64,000 nt of DNA from contig JAFTWG010000013.1 in NCBI GenBank assembly GCA_017465405.1, positions 7,739-71,738 on the forward strand, read 5' to 3'. This DNA is from Alphaproteobacteria bacterium. Lineage in GTDB: Bacteria; Pseudomonadota; Alphaproteobacteria; RF32; CAG-239. Below the pieces are notes generated by a model. It had not been told where the DNA came from. It worked only from the letters and a program-made list of their open reading frames with translations, and did no database searches. How positions within the stretch are numbered: position 1 is the first letter of the stretch; each line of letters begins with the position of its first letter. The position numbers and the translations under genes are program-made. Below, in pieces: positions 29,850-41,000 of this stretch.

Positions 29850-29878
29850 AAAAAAGCCCTCGTTAGAGGGCTTTATTT
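29850..29878 (-). terminator. terminator of the MORN-repeat gene (agccctc...gagggct with T6 on the minus strand)
   Basis: Hairpin abuts the stop codon at 29877-29879. Confidence 0.6.
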
Positions 29879-31403
29879 AGTTCGATAGATATTTATTTAT
29901 ATTATGAAGGTGTGCATTAGTCATCTTTATTTTTATATCATCATCATAAAAATATCCTGAAACAGCTTTTCCATTTTTGAAAGTTATTTCATTTATCAAA
30001 TGTTCATTATTGTCATATATTTTTACAAGTCCTTCTTTTTCATTGTTTATAAATGTTCCTTCTTGTTTTATATTACCATTTTTATGGTAGAATCTATAGT
30101 TTCCGTTTTTTATGTCATCTTCATAATGTAATTCTGTATCCAAATTACCATTACTGTAGTAGAGTTTATAAATGCCAACAAGCTTATCGTCTTTGCAAAA
30201 ACCTTCGCTTTCTATGTTGCCATTTTTATAGTATGACCTATAGCTACCATCTAATTTACCATTTTTATAGTCTTTTTCGCTTTTTAATTGACCACTTTCG
30301 TAATAGTATTTGTGTATAGTATGACCATTATCTTGATAAAATACTTCTTTTTTTAATTTGCCATCTGAAGAGTATTCTTTGTGAACACCATCTGGTGTAT
30401 CATGAAAAAAATTATTTTCGCTTTTTAATATACCATTATCATAGTATTCTTTACGTGTATTCTTGCCATAATCTTTATAAATTACCTCTTTTTTTACTTT
30501 GTCATTTTTATAATGGTACTCGTGTATTATATCATCATCTTTATAAATTTCTTCTCTTATTAATTGATCATATATGTTGTACCACTTCTCCGTACCATTA
30601 CCGTCTTTATAATTTCCTTCGCTTTCTAGTAACCCATTTTCATAGTATGATTTATGAATACCATCTCGTATATCATCTTTATAGTTATATTCACCTTTTA
30701 ATTTACCATTTTCATAATAGTATTTGTGAGTATTTTCTTTTAGTAAATATAGTTTATAATTTTTTTTGCTTTCGCCGAATTTATAATCTCCTTCGCTTTC
30801 TATATTCCCATTTTCATAGTATTTTTTGATTGTAGTGATATCATCTTTATCAATTACCTCTTCATCTAATATACCATCCGAAGTGTAACACTTCTTCGTA
30901 CCATTACCAGCATTATAGTCACCTTCACATCTTATTTTACCATTATACCAGTAATATTTTAATGTACCATCAAGTTGGTTATCTTTGTAATTCTCTTCAA
31001 CACTTAAGTGACCGTCTTCATAGTACCATTTTTGTAAACCATCATACCCACCATTTTTAAAATTCTCTTCACTTTTTAGCTGCCCATCTTCATAGTATGT
31101 TTTATAAATTCCATTTAGATTACCATATTTAAAGTTGCCTTCGCTTTCTATATTACCGTTTTTATAGTATGTTTTATAAATTCCTTCTGCTTTACCATCT
31201 TTGTAATTTGTTTCAATAAATAAATTACTATTTTCATGATATTGTTTAACCACTCCTGTTATTGGATTATCATTTAAATCACATGTCAGTTCCTCATTTT
31301 TACTACAAAATTTTGTGTTTTCTTCACTGTATTCTTTTGCATTTGCGAGGTGAGAGTGGGATAAAAGCATAAAAGATAAGGCTGTTAAGATGATTTTTTT
31401 CAT
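29877..31403 (-). CDS. secreted MORN-repeat-variant (YwqK-like) protein with about 20 tandem repeats
   Basis: Signal peptide MKKIILTALSFMLLSHSHLANA. Repeated YYENGxLxSEGNYKDGKxDG units every about 23 aa. Very AT-rich. Confidence 0.7.
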   Translation of the reverse strand: MKKIILTALSFMLLSHSHLANAKEYSEENTKFCSKNEELTCDLNDNPITGVVKQYHENSNLFIETNYKDGKAEGIYKTYYKNGNIESEGNFKYGNLNGIYKTYYEDGQLKSEENFKNGGYDGLQKWYYEDGHLSVEENYKDNQLDGTLKYYWYNGKIRCEGDYNAGNGTKKCYTSDGILDEEVIDKDDITTIKKYYENGNIESEGDYKFGESKKNYKLYLLKENTHKYYYENGKLKGEYNYKDDIRDGIHKSYYENGLLESEGNYKDGNGTEKWYNIYDQLIREEIYKDDDIIHEYHYKNDKVKKEVIYKDYGKNTRKEYYDNGILKSENNFFHDTPDGVHKEYSSDGKLKKEVFYQDNGHTIHKYYYESGQLKSEKDYKNGKLDGSYRSYYKNGNIESEGFCKDDKLVGIYKLYYSNGNLDTELHYEDDIKNGNYRFYHKNGNIKQEGTFINNEKEGLVKIYDNNEHLINEITFKNGKAVSGYFYDDDIKIKMTNAHLHNINKYLSN

Positions 31404-31473
31404 GATGATTCTCCGGATAGTGATAATATAAAATATATTAGGAGATTATGAAAAATTGTAAATGATTTATAGA

Positions 31474-31509
31474 AAAAAATACCCTGAAAATGAGGTTCAT
31501 TTTCAGGGT
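31474..31509 (-). terminator. nagB terminator (accctgaaaatga...tcattttcagggt, T-run on the minus strand)
   Basis: 13-bp stem. Confidence 0.6.
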
Positions 31510-31532
31510 ATTTTGAATTTGAAAAGATAGTA

Positions 31533-32315
31533 TTATTTTTCGATATCTTTGAAATATTTTACGGTTTCTGTTTCGAGTTCTGCTGTTGCAGGTTCATCAC
31601 AAACAATAATTCCGTGGCGATGTGCTTGAAGTGCACTAATAGTCCATTTGTGGCTAATTGGTTGTTCAACACCCATATAAACTGCATGAGCTTTTTTAGC
31701 GCCGGTTGCCATAATGATAACTTCTTTAGCATCCATAATTGTTGCAACACCTACGGTTAATGCAGTGGTCGGAACTTGTGATATATCGTTGTCAAAAAAG
31801 CGAGAATTTACTTTGATGGTATCGGTAGTCAATGTTTTTTGACGTGTGCGAGAAGAAAGAGAGGAAAACGGTTCGTTAAATGCAATATGTCCGTCTTCGC
31901 CGATACCACCTAAAAACAAATGAATACCTCCGATTTCTTTGATTGCTTTTTCGTAGTTTTCACATTCTTCTTCAATGTTTTCTGCTAAGCCGTTCAAAAT
32001 GTGGGTATTTTCTTTTTTAATGTCGATGTGGTTGAAGAAATTATCCCACATAAAATAGTGATAGCTTTGCGGATGTTCGGAAGATAAACCTACATATTCG
32101 TCCATATTGAACGTTACAACATTTGAAAAAGAAACCTCTCCGTTTTTATACATTTTTATCAGTTCTTTATATACACCTAACGGAGTTGAGCCGGTAGGAA
32201 GTCCTAATACGAAAGGTTTGTCGTGAGTAGGCGCAAAGTCATTGATTTTTTTAGCAATATATTTTGCAACCCAAAGTGAAGCATTATCATAATTATCTTT
32301 GATTATTAGTCTCAT
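31533..32315 (-). CDS. nagB: glucosamine-6-phosphate deaminase
   Basis: 260 aa. NagB motifs ([18 protein letters not shown]). Confidence 0.85.
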   Translation of the reverse strand: MRLIIKDNYDNASLWVAKYIAKKINDFAPTHDKPFVLGLPTGSTPLGVYKELIKMYKNGEVSFSNVVTFNMDEYVGLSSEHPQSYHYFMWDNFFNHIDIKKENTHILNGLAENIEEECENYEKAIKEIGGIHLFLGGIGEDGHIAFNEPFSSLSSRTRQKTLTTDTIKVNSRFFDNDISQVPTTALTVGVATIMDAKEVIIMATGAKKAHAVYMGVEQPISHKWTISALQAHRHGIIVCDEPATAELETETVKYFKDIEK

Positions 32316-33487
32316 TTACATATTCCTTTTTCAAAAATGTTACCATTGATTATGGTTTGTTTAACTTTAAATTTTTTATCAAATACTACCATATCGGCAG
32401 TATATCCGGGGGCGATAGTCCCCAAATTGTCCTGTTTCATGATATTGGCAGGATTATGTGAAGCCAACTGAACAGCTTTTTCAACATTTAACCCCCATGA
32501 AACCAAATTTTTTACTCCGTCAATCATTGTCAGAGCCGAGCCGGCGATAACATTATCTTCTTTACGCATAAAACATTTGTCGAGATAAACTTCTTCGCCG
32601 TTTGCATAAAGCTTTGAAGATTTTTGCTTGGTCGGTTTTAGGGCATCGGTGACAAGAACCAGTTTATCAACCGGTTTACAGCGAATTAAAAACTTTATAA
32701 TTTCCGGATTGATATGAAACCCATCGGCAATGATTTCGCAAGAAAGTTCAGGATGAATAAATACGGCACCGACAACTCCGGGGTCACGGTGATGAATACG
32801 GCTCATTGCATTAAACAGGTGAGTTACGTGCATAATGCGAGCTTGCATTCCTTCAACCATTTGTTGATAGGTTGCGTTGGTGTGTCCGGCCTGCAATATA
32901 ATTCCTTGATCAATACAAAGCAAAGCGAGTTCTCGCATATTTTTCAATTCGGGAGCAACAGTCATATTAACAATATTTCCCTGTCCGAGAGCAATAATCT
33001 CACGCATATATTCCAAATCGACTTCGCTAATGGATTCCAAAGTTTGAACACCAAGTCTTTCGGGAGATATAAACGGTCCTTCCAAGTGCATGCCCAAAAT
33101 TTTTGCACCTTTTTCTTTTCCCATTGCGGCTAAAATGCTGATCATACTTTTGAAAAGTTTATTTTTGGGAGCAGAATAGAGGGTAGGGATAAATGCTGTA
33201 ACACCATATTTCGGAAGACGAGCTGACATTTCCAAGATTGCTTCCGTTGTCATATCGTCAGTACCGAAACCCTCAAGTCCGTGAATATGGGTGTCTATAA
33301 AACCGGGAGCCAGATAATCGCCTTTTAGGTCGATAAACTTAATATCAGGGGTAAATTTTTTTTGTTTAAAGCGACTTTCGTTAAAAACGTCAGCAATTTT
33401 ATTGTTCTTTATTAAAACTGCACAGTTTTCCATTGTGGAATAACCGTTTAGCAAAGTTGCATTATGCAGGCAGATTTCTGATGTCAT
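32312..33487 (-). CDS. nagA: N-acetylglucosamine-6-phosphate deacetylase
   Basis: 391 aa amidohydrolase. HxH metal motif (DTHIHG). 4-nt overlap with nagB. Confidence 0.85.
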   Translation of the reverse strand: MTSEICLHNATLLNGYSTMENCAVLIKNNKIADVFNESRFKQKKFTPDIKFIDLKGDYLAPGFIDTHIHGLEGFGTDDMTTEAILEMSARLPKYGVTAFIPTLYSAPKNKLFKSMISILAAMGKEKGAKILGMHLEGPFISPERLGVQTLESISEVDLEYMREIIALGQGNIVNMTVAPELKNMRELALLCIDQGIILQAGHTNATYQQMVEGMQARIMHVTHLFNAMSRIHHRDPGVVGAVFIHPELSCEIIADGFHINPEIIKFLIRCKPVDKLVLVTDALKPTKQKSSKLYANGEEVYLDKCFMRKEDNVIAGSALTMIDGVKNLVSWGLNVEKAVQLASHNPANIMKQDNLGTIAPGYTADMVVFDKKFKVKQTIINGNIFEKGICK

Positions 33488-33626
33488 ATTTTTACTCCGA
33501 ATCTGTATATAAGCATATTAGCATAAAAATTAAATATTGGCAGATAAAAATTAAAAAAATCAGATTGTTTTTATAGACAAAATAAGCAAAATATATTACA
33601 ATATATTTCATATTTATGAGGTTTAT

Positions 33627-34610
33627 ATGGATAAAACTGCTGACATTAATGATTACGATTTAGGAGCCGTATTAGACGAGCTTCCAAATACTCCTGCCGG
33701 CAGAAAAATCCGTAAATTTATTGAAAGAACAGATAAGTTTCATGATGAGTGGGGCGAAGAAAAGAAAAAAATAGATGAACAAGTTGCTAAAATGTCTCCG
33801 GAAGAAAAATTACAAAAAGCATTGTTGAGTATGGATAGGTTTGGTCATAAAGGTAAAAGCGACGAAGAAAAAATGGCTAAAATAGATGAGATAGCAAAAG
33901 GCGACATAGTAAGATATAAGGAAAGAGAAGGTAAAGATATTTCTTTTGAGGAAATGAAAGAGAGAAATATTGACCGTAGTGCAAGACAATATTTGTATCG
34001 GCAAATGGCAACTTTGAAAATAAATTCTCGTTTCAATCCTGATTTTGATGCTTCGCTTAATAAAGGCTATTGTACAGCCTCATTGATGATGTGTTTACGA
34101 GAAAGTGATAAAAGCGGAGAACTTGATGCCATATTTAATACCGATACCGAAAAACTTGCGCATCCGGGAACACTTTTTAAGCATCTGCAAACAATGAACG
34201 GCGGGAAATATGCGGAACATATACACCGTAGTTTTGATGAAGGGGCGATCGATGTTCGAGATATAGTTGATAAACATCAAATGAAACCGGGAGCTCTTGT
34301 TTGTTTGACTATGGATGATAGAGATAATCCCTCTCTTGATGACGGACATTGTCATTTGTTGATGTATGTCGGCAAAGACAAAGATGGTCACTGTTTTATG
34401 GGCTTTGATAATGATATGAAAAAAGGACATTTGCATAATCAATGTGTAGGCTTTGTATGTGATTTTACGAAGATGACCGCTGATATTATAAAAGATCATC
34501 ACTATATTCCGCAAATGAGAGAAGCGGCAGAAACAATACAAACCGAAAATTCTTCACAAACAAGGGTAACAGTGCCGATAGCGATGAAACGCGGTGGTAT
34601 TGAAATGTAA
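33627..34610 (+). CDS. hypothetical protein (327 aa); candidate papain-fold Cys-His-Asp hydrolase
   Basis: Charged, coiled N-terminal 130 aa and no signal peptide. Then Cys149 (NKGYCTASLMMC), His241/243 (DDGHCHLL) and Asp261/263 (GFDNDM), a spacing reminiscent of YopT/AvrPphB-type C58 or other papain-like effectors. AGA/ATA-rich codons differ from the core genes. Confidence 0.45.
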   Translation: MDKTADINDYDLGAVLDELPNTPAGRKIRKFIERTDKFHDEWGEEKKKIDEQVAKMSPEEKLQKALLSMDRFGHKGKSDEEKMAKIDEIAKGDIVRYKEREGKDISFEEMKERNIDRSARQYLYRQMATLKINSRFNPDFDASLNKGYCTASLMMCLRESDKSGELDAIFNTDTEKLAHPGTLFKHLQTMNGGKYAEHIHRSFDEGAIDVRDIVDKHQMKPGALVCLTMDDRDNPSLDDGHCHLLMYVGKDKDGHCFMGFDNDMKKGHLHNQCVGFVCDFTKMTADIIKDHHYIPQMREAAETIQTENSSQTRVTVPIAMKRGGIEM

Positions 34611-34695
34611 ACTTGACAAAAAAACATGAATATGTTATCTTTTTAGTCTAATCGAAAATTATTTCATAAATTATGTTTCACTAATATATCTAGTT

Positions 34696-35820
34696 ATGAA
34701 CAGAGATCCGAGAATTACAGAACTTGTGCGTAAAGTATTGAGAGATTCAATCGGGTTACGCGAGGGTGAAAAAATTTACCTTGAATTTGAGGGTGAACAA
34801 ACCCTTCCTGTTATGGAGGAGTGTATCAAAGAAACAATCAAACTCGGTGCTATACCGTTTTATTTTTTCAATGATACTGCTCATCACATTGCTTTGACAC
34901 AGGGTGCTACAGAAGAGCAGGTAATGGCTTTGGGACAGATGCACGCTCAAATTATGGAGCAGATGGATGCCTATTTGGTTATCCGAGGTTATAACAATCC
35001 TTATAATGCGAGTGTACTCACTCCGGAGGAACAGTCATTGTATAACCGCTGTTTTATGAAGCCGGTGCATTTTGACATTCGTGTTAAAAAGCGTTGGTGT
35101 GTGATGCGTTGGCCTACTAACGTGAGTGCTGCTTTGGCAAAAATGTCAACTAAAGAAATGGAAGATTTTTATTTTTCATCTTGCCTTGTTGACTATGACA
35201 AAATGGCAAAGCGTATGGTTCCGCTGGCGGAGTTGATGAAAACTACCGACAAGGTTACAATTATCGCTCCTGATACGGAGCTCACATTCTCCATTAAGGG
35301 AATTCCGGTAACACTGTCGAGAGGTATTCGCAATCTGCCTGATGGCGAGGTATTTACCGCTCCGGTAAAAGATTCGGTTTACGGATGTGTGAGATTTAAT
35401 ACCGAAACTCACATTAATGGTGATGTATTTAAAAACATTACTCTTAAAGTAGAGAAAGGTAAAGTAACTCATGCTGAGGCTGAAGTCGGCGACAATGAAA
35501 AGTTGCGTGCGGTAATAAAGACCGATAGAGGTTCTTGCTATTTCGGAGAGTTTGCGTTTGGTGTCAATCCTTACATTACTCGTGAAATTTGCGAAAATCT
35601 TTTCGATGAAAAGATTGCCGGCTCTTTCCACATGGCATTAGGTAACTCTATCGAAACCTCACACAACGGAAACAAATCGTCTATTCATTGGGATTTGATA
35701 CAAATTCAAACTCCTGAATATGGCGGTGGTGAAATTTGGTTTGACGATGTTCTCGTTCGCAAAGACGGTCTTTTCGTTCTTCCTGAACTGAAGGGCCTAA
35801 ATCCTGAAAATCTGAAGTAG
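34696..35820 (+). CDS. M29-family aminopeptidase (AmpS/PepS-like)
   Basis: 374 aa. Overall M29 pattern including the C-terminal HxxxGxS...HWD region (FHMALGNSIETSHNGNKSSIHWDL). Confidence 0.7.
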   Translation: MNRDPRITELVRKVLRDSIGLREGEKIYLEFEGEQTLPVMEECIKETIKLGAIPFYFFNDTAHHIALTQGATEEQVMALGQMHAQIMEQMDAYLVIRGYNNPYNASVLTPEEQSLYNRCFMKPVHFDIRVKKRWCVMRWPTNVSAALAKMSTKEMEDFYFSSCLVDYDKMAKRMVPLAELMKTTDKVTIIAPDTELTFSIKGIPVTLSRGIRNLPDGEVFTAPVKDSVYGCVRFNTETHINGDVFKNITLKVEKGKVTHAEAEVGDNEKLRAVIKTDRGSCYFGEFAFGVNPYITREICENLFDEKIAGSFHMALGNSIETSHNGNKSSIHWDLIQIQTPEYGGGEIWFDDVLVRKDGLFVLPELKGLNPENLK

Positions 35821-35839
35821 TCAGATGTATGTTTGAATT

Positions 35840-35876
35840 ATCCCTGTTTGAAAGTTATCAAACAGGGATTTTTTTA
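35840..35876 (+). terminator. terminator (atccctgtttga...tcaaacagggat, T7)
   Basis: 12-bp stem plus T-run. Confidence 0.65.
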
Positions 35877-35944
35877 TGCAGATTAAATTGACTTTACTTG
35901 TTAAAATTGTTAACCTTATGGCATAATAAAAACGGAGGTGTAAT

Positions 35945-36610
35945 ATGCGAAATACCGGATATGTAAAAGTTTGGGGTGCAAACAATCAAATAATTATTGT
36001 CGAAGACGGTATAGAACGCATTTTAGGTCCTGACGGAATCCCTGGTTTATCAATCACCATAAACGGCAATAACAATTTGGTGCGTATAGAATTTCCTCGT
36101 TATTTTGAGGATTGTAAATTGGTTATTGTCGGAGATAATAATTATTTTTCAATCCTTTCTATGTATAGTAAAACTCGTATAAAAAGAGCTTTTTTTTATA
36201 TTTCCGATGCTTGCTCCATTGAAATCGGAAGAAACTGTTATATTAATCCCAGTGTTTCAATGATGGCAAAAGAAAAATCCGGAGTTAAAATAGTTATCGG
36301 AGATGATTGTGTTATTGCTTCCGAATGTACGTTTCGTTGTGGAGACGGGCATACGTTGATAAATGAATATAACGGAAATCCGCTGAACGAACCGGATGAT
36401 ATTATATTGGAAGACCATGTATGGGTCGGAGTAAGGTGTTTGCTCTTAAAAGGAACATATATTGCCGAAAATTCTGTAGTCGGAGCAATGGCATTGGTAA
36501 ATAAAAAATTTGATATTCCTAATGTGTTGGTTGCGGGAGTGCCGGCAAAAATAATTAAAAGCGGTATAAATTGGGATATTGCCGATTATAAGACTTATAT
36601 GGAGGAATAA
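35945..36610 (+). CDS. hexapeptide-repeat (left-handed beta-helix) acyl/acetyltransferase
   Basis: 221 aa with tandem [LIV]-G-x-x-x-x hexapeptides (IGDDCVIASECTFRCGDGHTL...). Confidence 0.7.
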   Translation: MRNTGYVKVWGANNQIIIVEDGIERILGPDGIPGLSITINGNNNLVRIEFPRYFEDCKLVIVGDNNYFSILSMYSKTRIKRAFFYISDACSIEIGRNCYINPSVSMMAKEKSGVKIVIGDDCVIASECTFRCGDGHTLINEYNGNPLNEPDDIILEDHVWVGVRCLLLKGTYIAENSVVGAMALVNKKFDIPNVLVAGVPAKIIKSGINWDIADYKTYMEE

Positions 36611-36709
36611 AAAAAAGATAAAAATATTGACATTTAATAATCACAGGTATATAACCACCGTCTATTTGTGATTATTAGCTCTATTTTTCTAACTCAAAAA
36701 TTTTTCACT

Positions 36710-37882
36710 ATGGAAAGAAAAAATTTTAAGCTTTACAACGGTATTACTGTTGTTACTTCGGGACTTAATCAGCAAACAAGTGTTTCGGTTACCGTAAATG
36801 TCGGTCATGTGAACGAACCTAAACTTGGTCTGGCAGCTCTTTTTGAGCAAGTGTTATTGAAGCAGTCATGCGGTATTCAGGCGGTGTATGGTGGTACTAT
36901 TACAACCTATTTTACCGGTTGTGATGTTCAGGATTTGGATTTGACACTGCGTAAGTTGGCAAATTTGATGAAGACTCCACACTTCAATCCGGATCTTATC
37001 AAGATGACTGCCGATGACATTGTTGCTCACACTCGTGATTTGGCACCGTTGCCAAAACGTCAGATGAAGTTGTTGTACAAGCACACAGCTTTTCGTGATG
37101 CTCGCAAGGTTTGGGACAGCGATGTTTATATCAATGCCATTAACGGTTATGGTATGAACGATTTGTATGAGTTTGCTGCCAAGTATCTTACCGGCAAGAA
37201 TATGGTTGTAGCCATTAATTGCCCCGATTACACCGACGAAGAACTTCGCAACATGGCAGAGAAGTATTTTGGTGAAATTCCGGCCGGCCGCAAGCACAAG
37301 GTGATAAATGATATTTACACCGGTGGTTTCGACCGAATTGCCTCTAAAGGCAGCTATCGTCAAGTGATGATGGGTTGGGATGTTTCTAATTTGTCGAATG
37401 TTGCCGAAGCTAACGTTTTGATGAGTATGTTGTCGGGACGTTTGGAACGTTCATTTATCGGTAAGGATGTTGATGTAGAAGTAAAGATTGCCGGCTATTA
37501 TGGAATGAGAACTCTGCGTGTTGCCGTAACATCGCATGATGGTGAAGATGTAAACGAATTTATCGACATCATTTGTGCTAATGTCAACCGTTTGCGCACA
37601 ACTCTCGCTTCTGATCGCCGTATGGAAACTTCTCGCAATCGTGCGATGGCCGAAAAGCTGTTCATTTTCTCTCAACCGCAGGATCGTGCTGTTGAGATTG
37701 CATGGCAGGTTCTCGGACGTGGACAGATGTATGATATTAACGAGCGTATTAATGCCACATGGCAGGTGAACGCAAGTGATGTCAAAGAGATTGCTGAGAC
37801 TATTTTTTCAAAGCCGTTAACTTGTGTGGTATATGCCGATGATGGTGTTTATTCATACAAGGAGATAAAAGCAAAATTGTGA
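36710..37882 (+). CDS. M16 (insulinase/pitrilysin)-family protein, predicted catalytically inactive
   Basis: M16 fold, but the zinc motif HxxEH is replaced by AALFEQ (GLAALFEQVLLK). Start taken at the ATG at 36710; the track offers GTG at 36668. GC about 44%. Confidence 0.55.
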   Translation: MERKNFKLYNGITVVTSGLNQQTSVSVTVNVGHVNEPKLGLAALFEQVLLKQSCGIQAVYGGTITTYFTGCDVQDLDLTLRKLANLMKTPHFNPDLIKMTADDIVAHTRDLAPLPKRQMKLLYKHTAFRDARKVWDSDVYINAINGYGMNDLYEFAAKYLTGKNMVVAINCPDYTDEELRNMAEKYFGEIPAGRKHKVINDIYTGGFDRIASKGSYRQVMMGWDVSNLSNVAEANVLMSMLSGRLERSFIGKDVDVEVKIAGYYGMRTLRVAVTSHDGEDVNEFIDIICANVNRLRTTLASDRRMETSRNRAMAEKLFIFSQPQDRAVEIAWQVLGRGQMYDINERINATWQVNASDVKEIAETIFSKPLTCVVYADDGVYSYKEIKAKL

Positions 37883-37928
37883 AAAAAAGCGGGTTCATTC
37901 CGCGGTTAAACGTAAATATTGATTTTAA

Positions 37929-37959
37929 AAGAGCTCGTCGTGAGACGCGCTCTTTTTTG
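37929..37959 (+). terminator. GC-rich terminator (agagctcgtc-gtga-gacgcgctct, T6)
   Basis: 10-bp stem with one mismatch, plus T-run. Confidence 0.55.
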
Positions 37960-38081
37960 TTTGTTACGGCAAAAGTTAATAAAAACTTGATAAAATGCTA
38001 ACATAAAGTTAATTTTTTTGCATTTTGGAAGAAAATGAGTTATTATGTCGGGCAAATAGATTTATTCATGGGGGTTTTATT

Positions 38082-41000
38082 ATGAAAAATAAATTTTTTG
38101 CCGTATTGTTAGCCGGAACTTTTTTATCTACGAACGCTTTCTCTTGGAACTCTTGGAACTATCAAGGGGAAGGAAATTATTCTGAATATAGTGTATATAT
38201 CAATCAAACAACAAATATAACGGGGGATTTATATTTTAATGGAGGAGGTCCAGGTTATCAAACTTATATAATTTCAAATGGTAATCTGAGGGCTTTTCAA
38301 ATAGATTCCGGTAGAACAGGATCGTTAGCATTAGAAAATTCAGGTGTTGGTTCTATAAAAAATGCAGCGGCTCAAAGCGGAGGGGGCATATGGGTTAGTG
38401 AAAATGCTACAATGACGAAGATAATTTTGCGTTTAGTTGATAATAGAGCAACTCAATGGAATGGGGGCGGTATATTTAATGCCGGAAGAATTTATAGTAT
38501 TTCTGATATGGGAGATACATATAGAGGATATAATAGTGGTAATTTTGCTAATCAAACAGGTGGTGCTATTTTTAATGCTTCAAGTGGAACTATTGATGAA
38601 ATTGATATGTATTTTTCTACCAATACTGCCAACAAATATGGTGGAGCAATCGGCAATGAAGGTAAAATTGGCACGATTACTAGTACACTTAGTAGCAATA
38701 TAGCCGGAGAATCAGGAGGTGCTATTTATAATGTCGGGACAATAGACAAGATAACTGCAAGTTTTCAAGATAATGAAGCTAAAAAATATAATGGCGGAGC
38801 TATTTTTAACGGCGGGACAATTACAGATATAATTAACGGTGGTAATTATGTATTTAAGGGAAATAAAGCTGCTCAAAATGGTGGAGGAATTTTTAATGGT
38901 GCAACCGGAAAAATAACTAATGTAACCGTTGAAAGATTTCAAGAAAACCAAGCTCAAAAACATGGTGGTGCGATTAGCAATGAAGGAAGTATAAACCATA
39001 TTAGTGCTTATTCTTTTTACTCTAACACTGCTCAAAATGAAGGTGGTGCTATCTATAATATCGGTACCATTACCGATATATCCGGCAGTTTTTTTTCTAA
39101 TAGCGCGAAAAATGGTGGTGCAGTTGCAAACTCTTCTTCGGAGGAATGGTCTGATGCAGCTTGGGGATATGTAACTTTTACGGGAAACACAGAGAAAATA
39201 TCCGGAACTTTTACTGGCAATACTGCAACAGAAAGCGGTGGTGCTATTTATAATACCGGCACGATAAAAGAAATCTCCGGCAGTTTTACATCAAACAAAA
39301 CTACCACATACGATGGCGGTGCTGTTTATAATGCCGGTAGTGTTACTGATATAAAAGCGGATTCTTTTTCAAAAAATAGTGCAAAAAGAAGCGGTGGTGC
39401 TGTTTATAATTTAGTCAATGGTAAGATTGTTAACATTAATACTTCTTTTTCTGAAAACGAAGCTCAAAAATATGGCGGAGCTATCGGTAATGAGGGCGAA
39501 ATTGATGCGATTAATTCTAGCTTTTCATTGAATAAGGCCGGAGAAACCGGTGGTGCCGTTTATAATATCGGCACGATAAAAGAAATCTCCGGTAAATTTA
39601 CATCGAATAGTGCTAATCTGTATAATGGTGGTGCTATCTATAATGATGGCAATATTACGAATATACAGTCAGATTCGTTTTCTAAAAATACATCTGTTCA
39701 AAACAGTGGTGCTATATTTAATGGTGTAAACGGTAAAATTGCGGATATAACCGTTACCTCATTTTCTGAAAACAGTTCGCAGAAATATGCCGGTGCAATC
39801 GGTAATGAGGGCAGTATAGATAATATTACAGCCGATTTTTCTTCTAATATAGCAGGAATAAGCGGTGGTGCCGTTTATAATGATGGTATAATACAAAAAA
39901 TCTCCGGAGATTTTTCTTCGAATAGTGCAAATGCATATAACGGAGGCGCTATTTATAACAGCGATACCATCAACAAAATAGAATCATCAATGTTTGAGAA
40001 AAATTCTGCTGTTCAAAACGGAGGAGCAATCTTTAACTCTGTTGACGGAACAATTGATGAAATCGTTGTTGCCGATTTCGGATTTGTTGCCAACGAATCT
40101 CAAAATAAAGGCGGTGCAATCGGTAATGAAGGAAATATAAACAATATTAGTTCTTCTTTTTCCGAAAACTATGCTAAAGGTGAAGGTGGTGCAATTTATA
40201 ATGTCGGAACTATAAAAAATATCATTGCTGATTTTTCTTCCAATAAGACTGATACAAATGGTTCTGCTATTGCAAATACTCAGGCAGAAGAATGGAGCGA
40301 CAATCAAAAAGACTATGTTTTATACACCGGAACAATAGAAAATATTACCGGAACATTTGACAACAACTATGCAGGCGGAAATGGTGGTGCCGTTTATAAT
40401 TCCGGAATATTGGAAAGTATAAAAAATAGTAGTTTTAGCAATAATACTGCTGAAGGTTTGGGTGGTGCTATATATAGCAGTAACGGACTAAATCTGTTTT
40501 CTTCCGAATATGATATGCTATTTGAAAACAATAAAGATTCTACCGGTGCAAATGATATTTATATGGAGGGAGGAGAGTTAAATATAAATCTGACCAACAA
40601 CGGAACAATAACTTTTGAAAGCGGTATAAACGGTAAGGATTATAATATAAATACCTCCGGAGACGGAACAGGAACATTGAATATTAATTCAAGTTTCGGT
40701 AATGTCGGACAATTTATTGCTAAAGATATTAATATTAATTTAGTTGATGAGTCATTTTTAGATGCCGATGTATTGCAAATGACTAATGTAAATCTTAATA
40801 TAGCAAATGAAAAAACAGGAGCCATAAGTATAAAAGATTATATTGCTGATGCTACTACTTTAACAATGGATGTTGATACAAAAAATAATACTTCGGATAT
40901 ATTGAAAGTGGCAAATGATATTAGCGGAGAAACAAAACTTATTATAAATATGTTGAGTTCGGAAAAACAAACAGAGGAAATTGTTTTAGTTGAAGCTCAA

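Noticed and set aside
30053-30829. Tyr/His/Phe-rich + strand ORFs (88 and 144 aa) opposite the MORN-repeat gene
   Set aside because: Mirror-frame artefacts of the tandem repeat DNA. No RBS or promoter.
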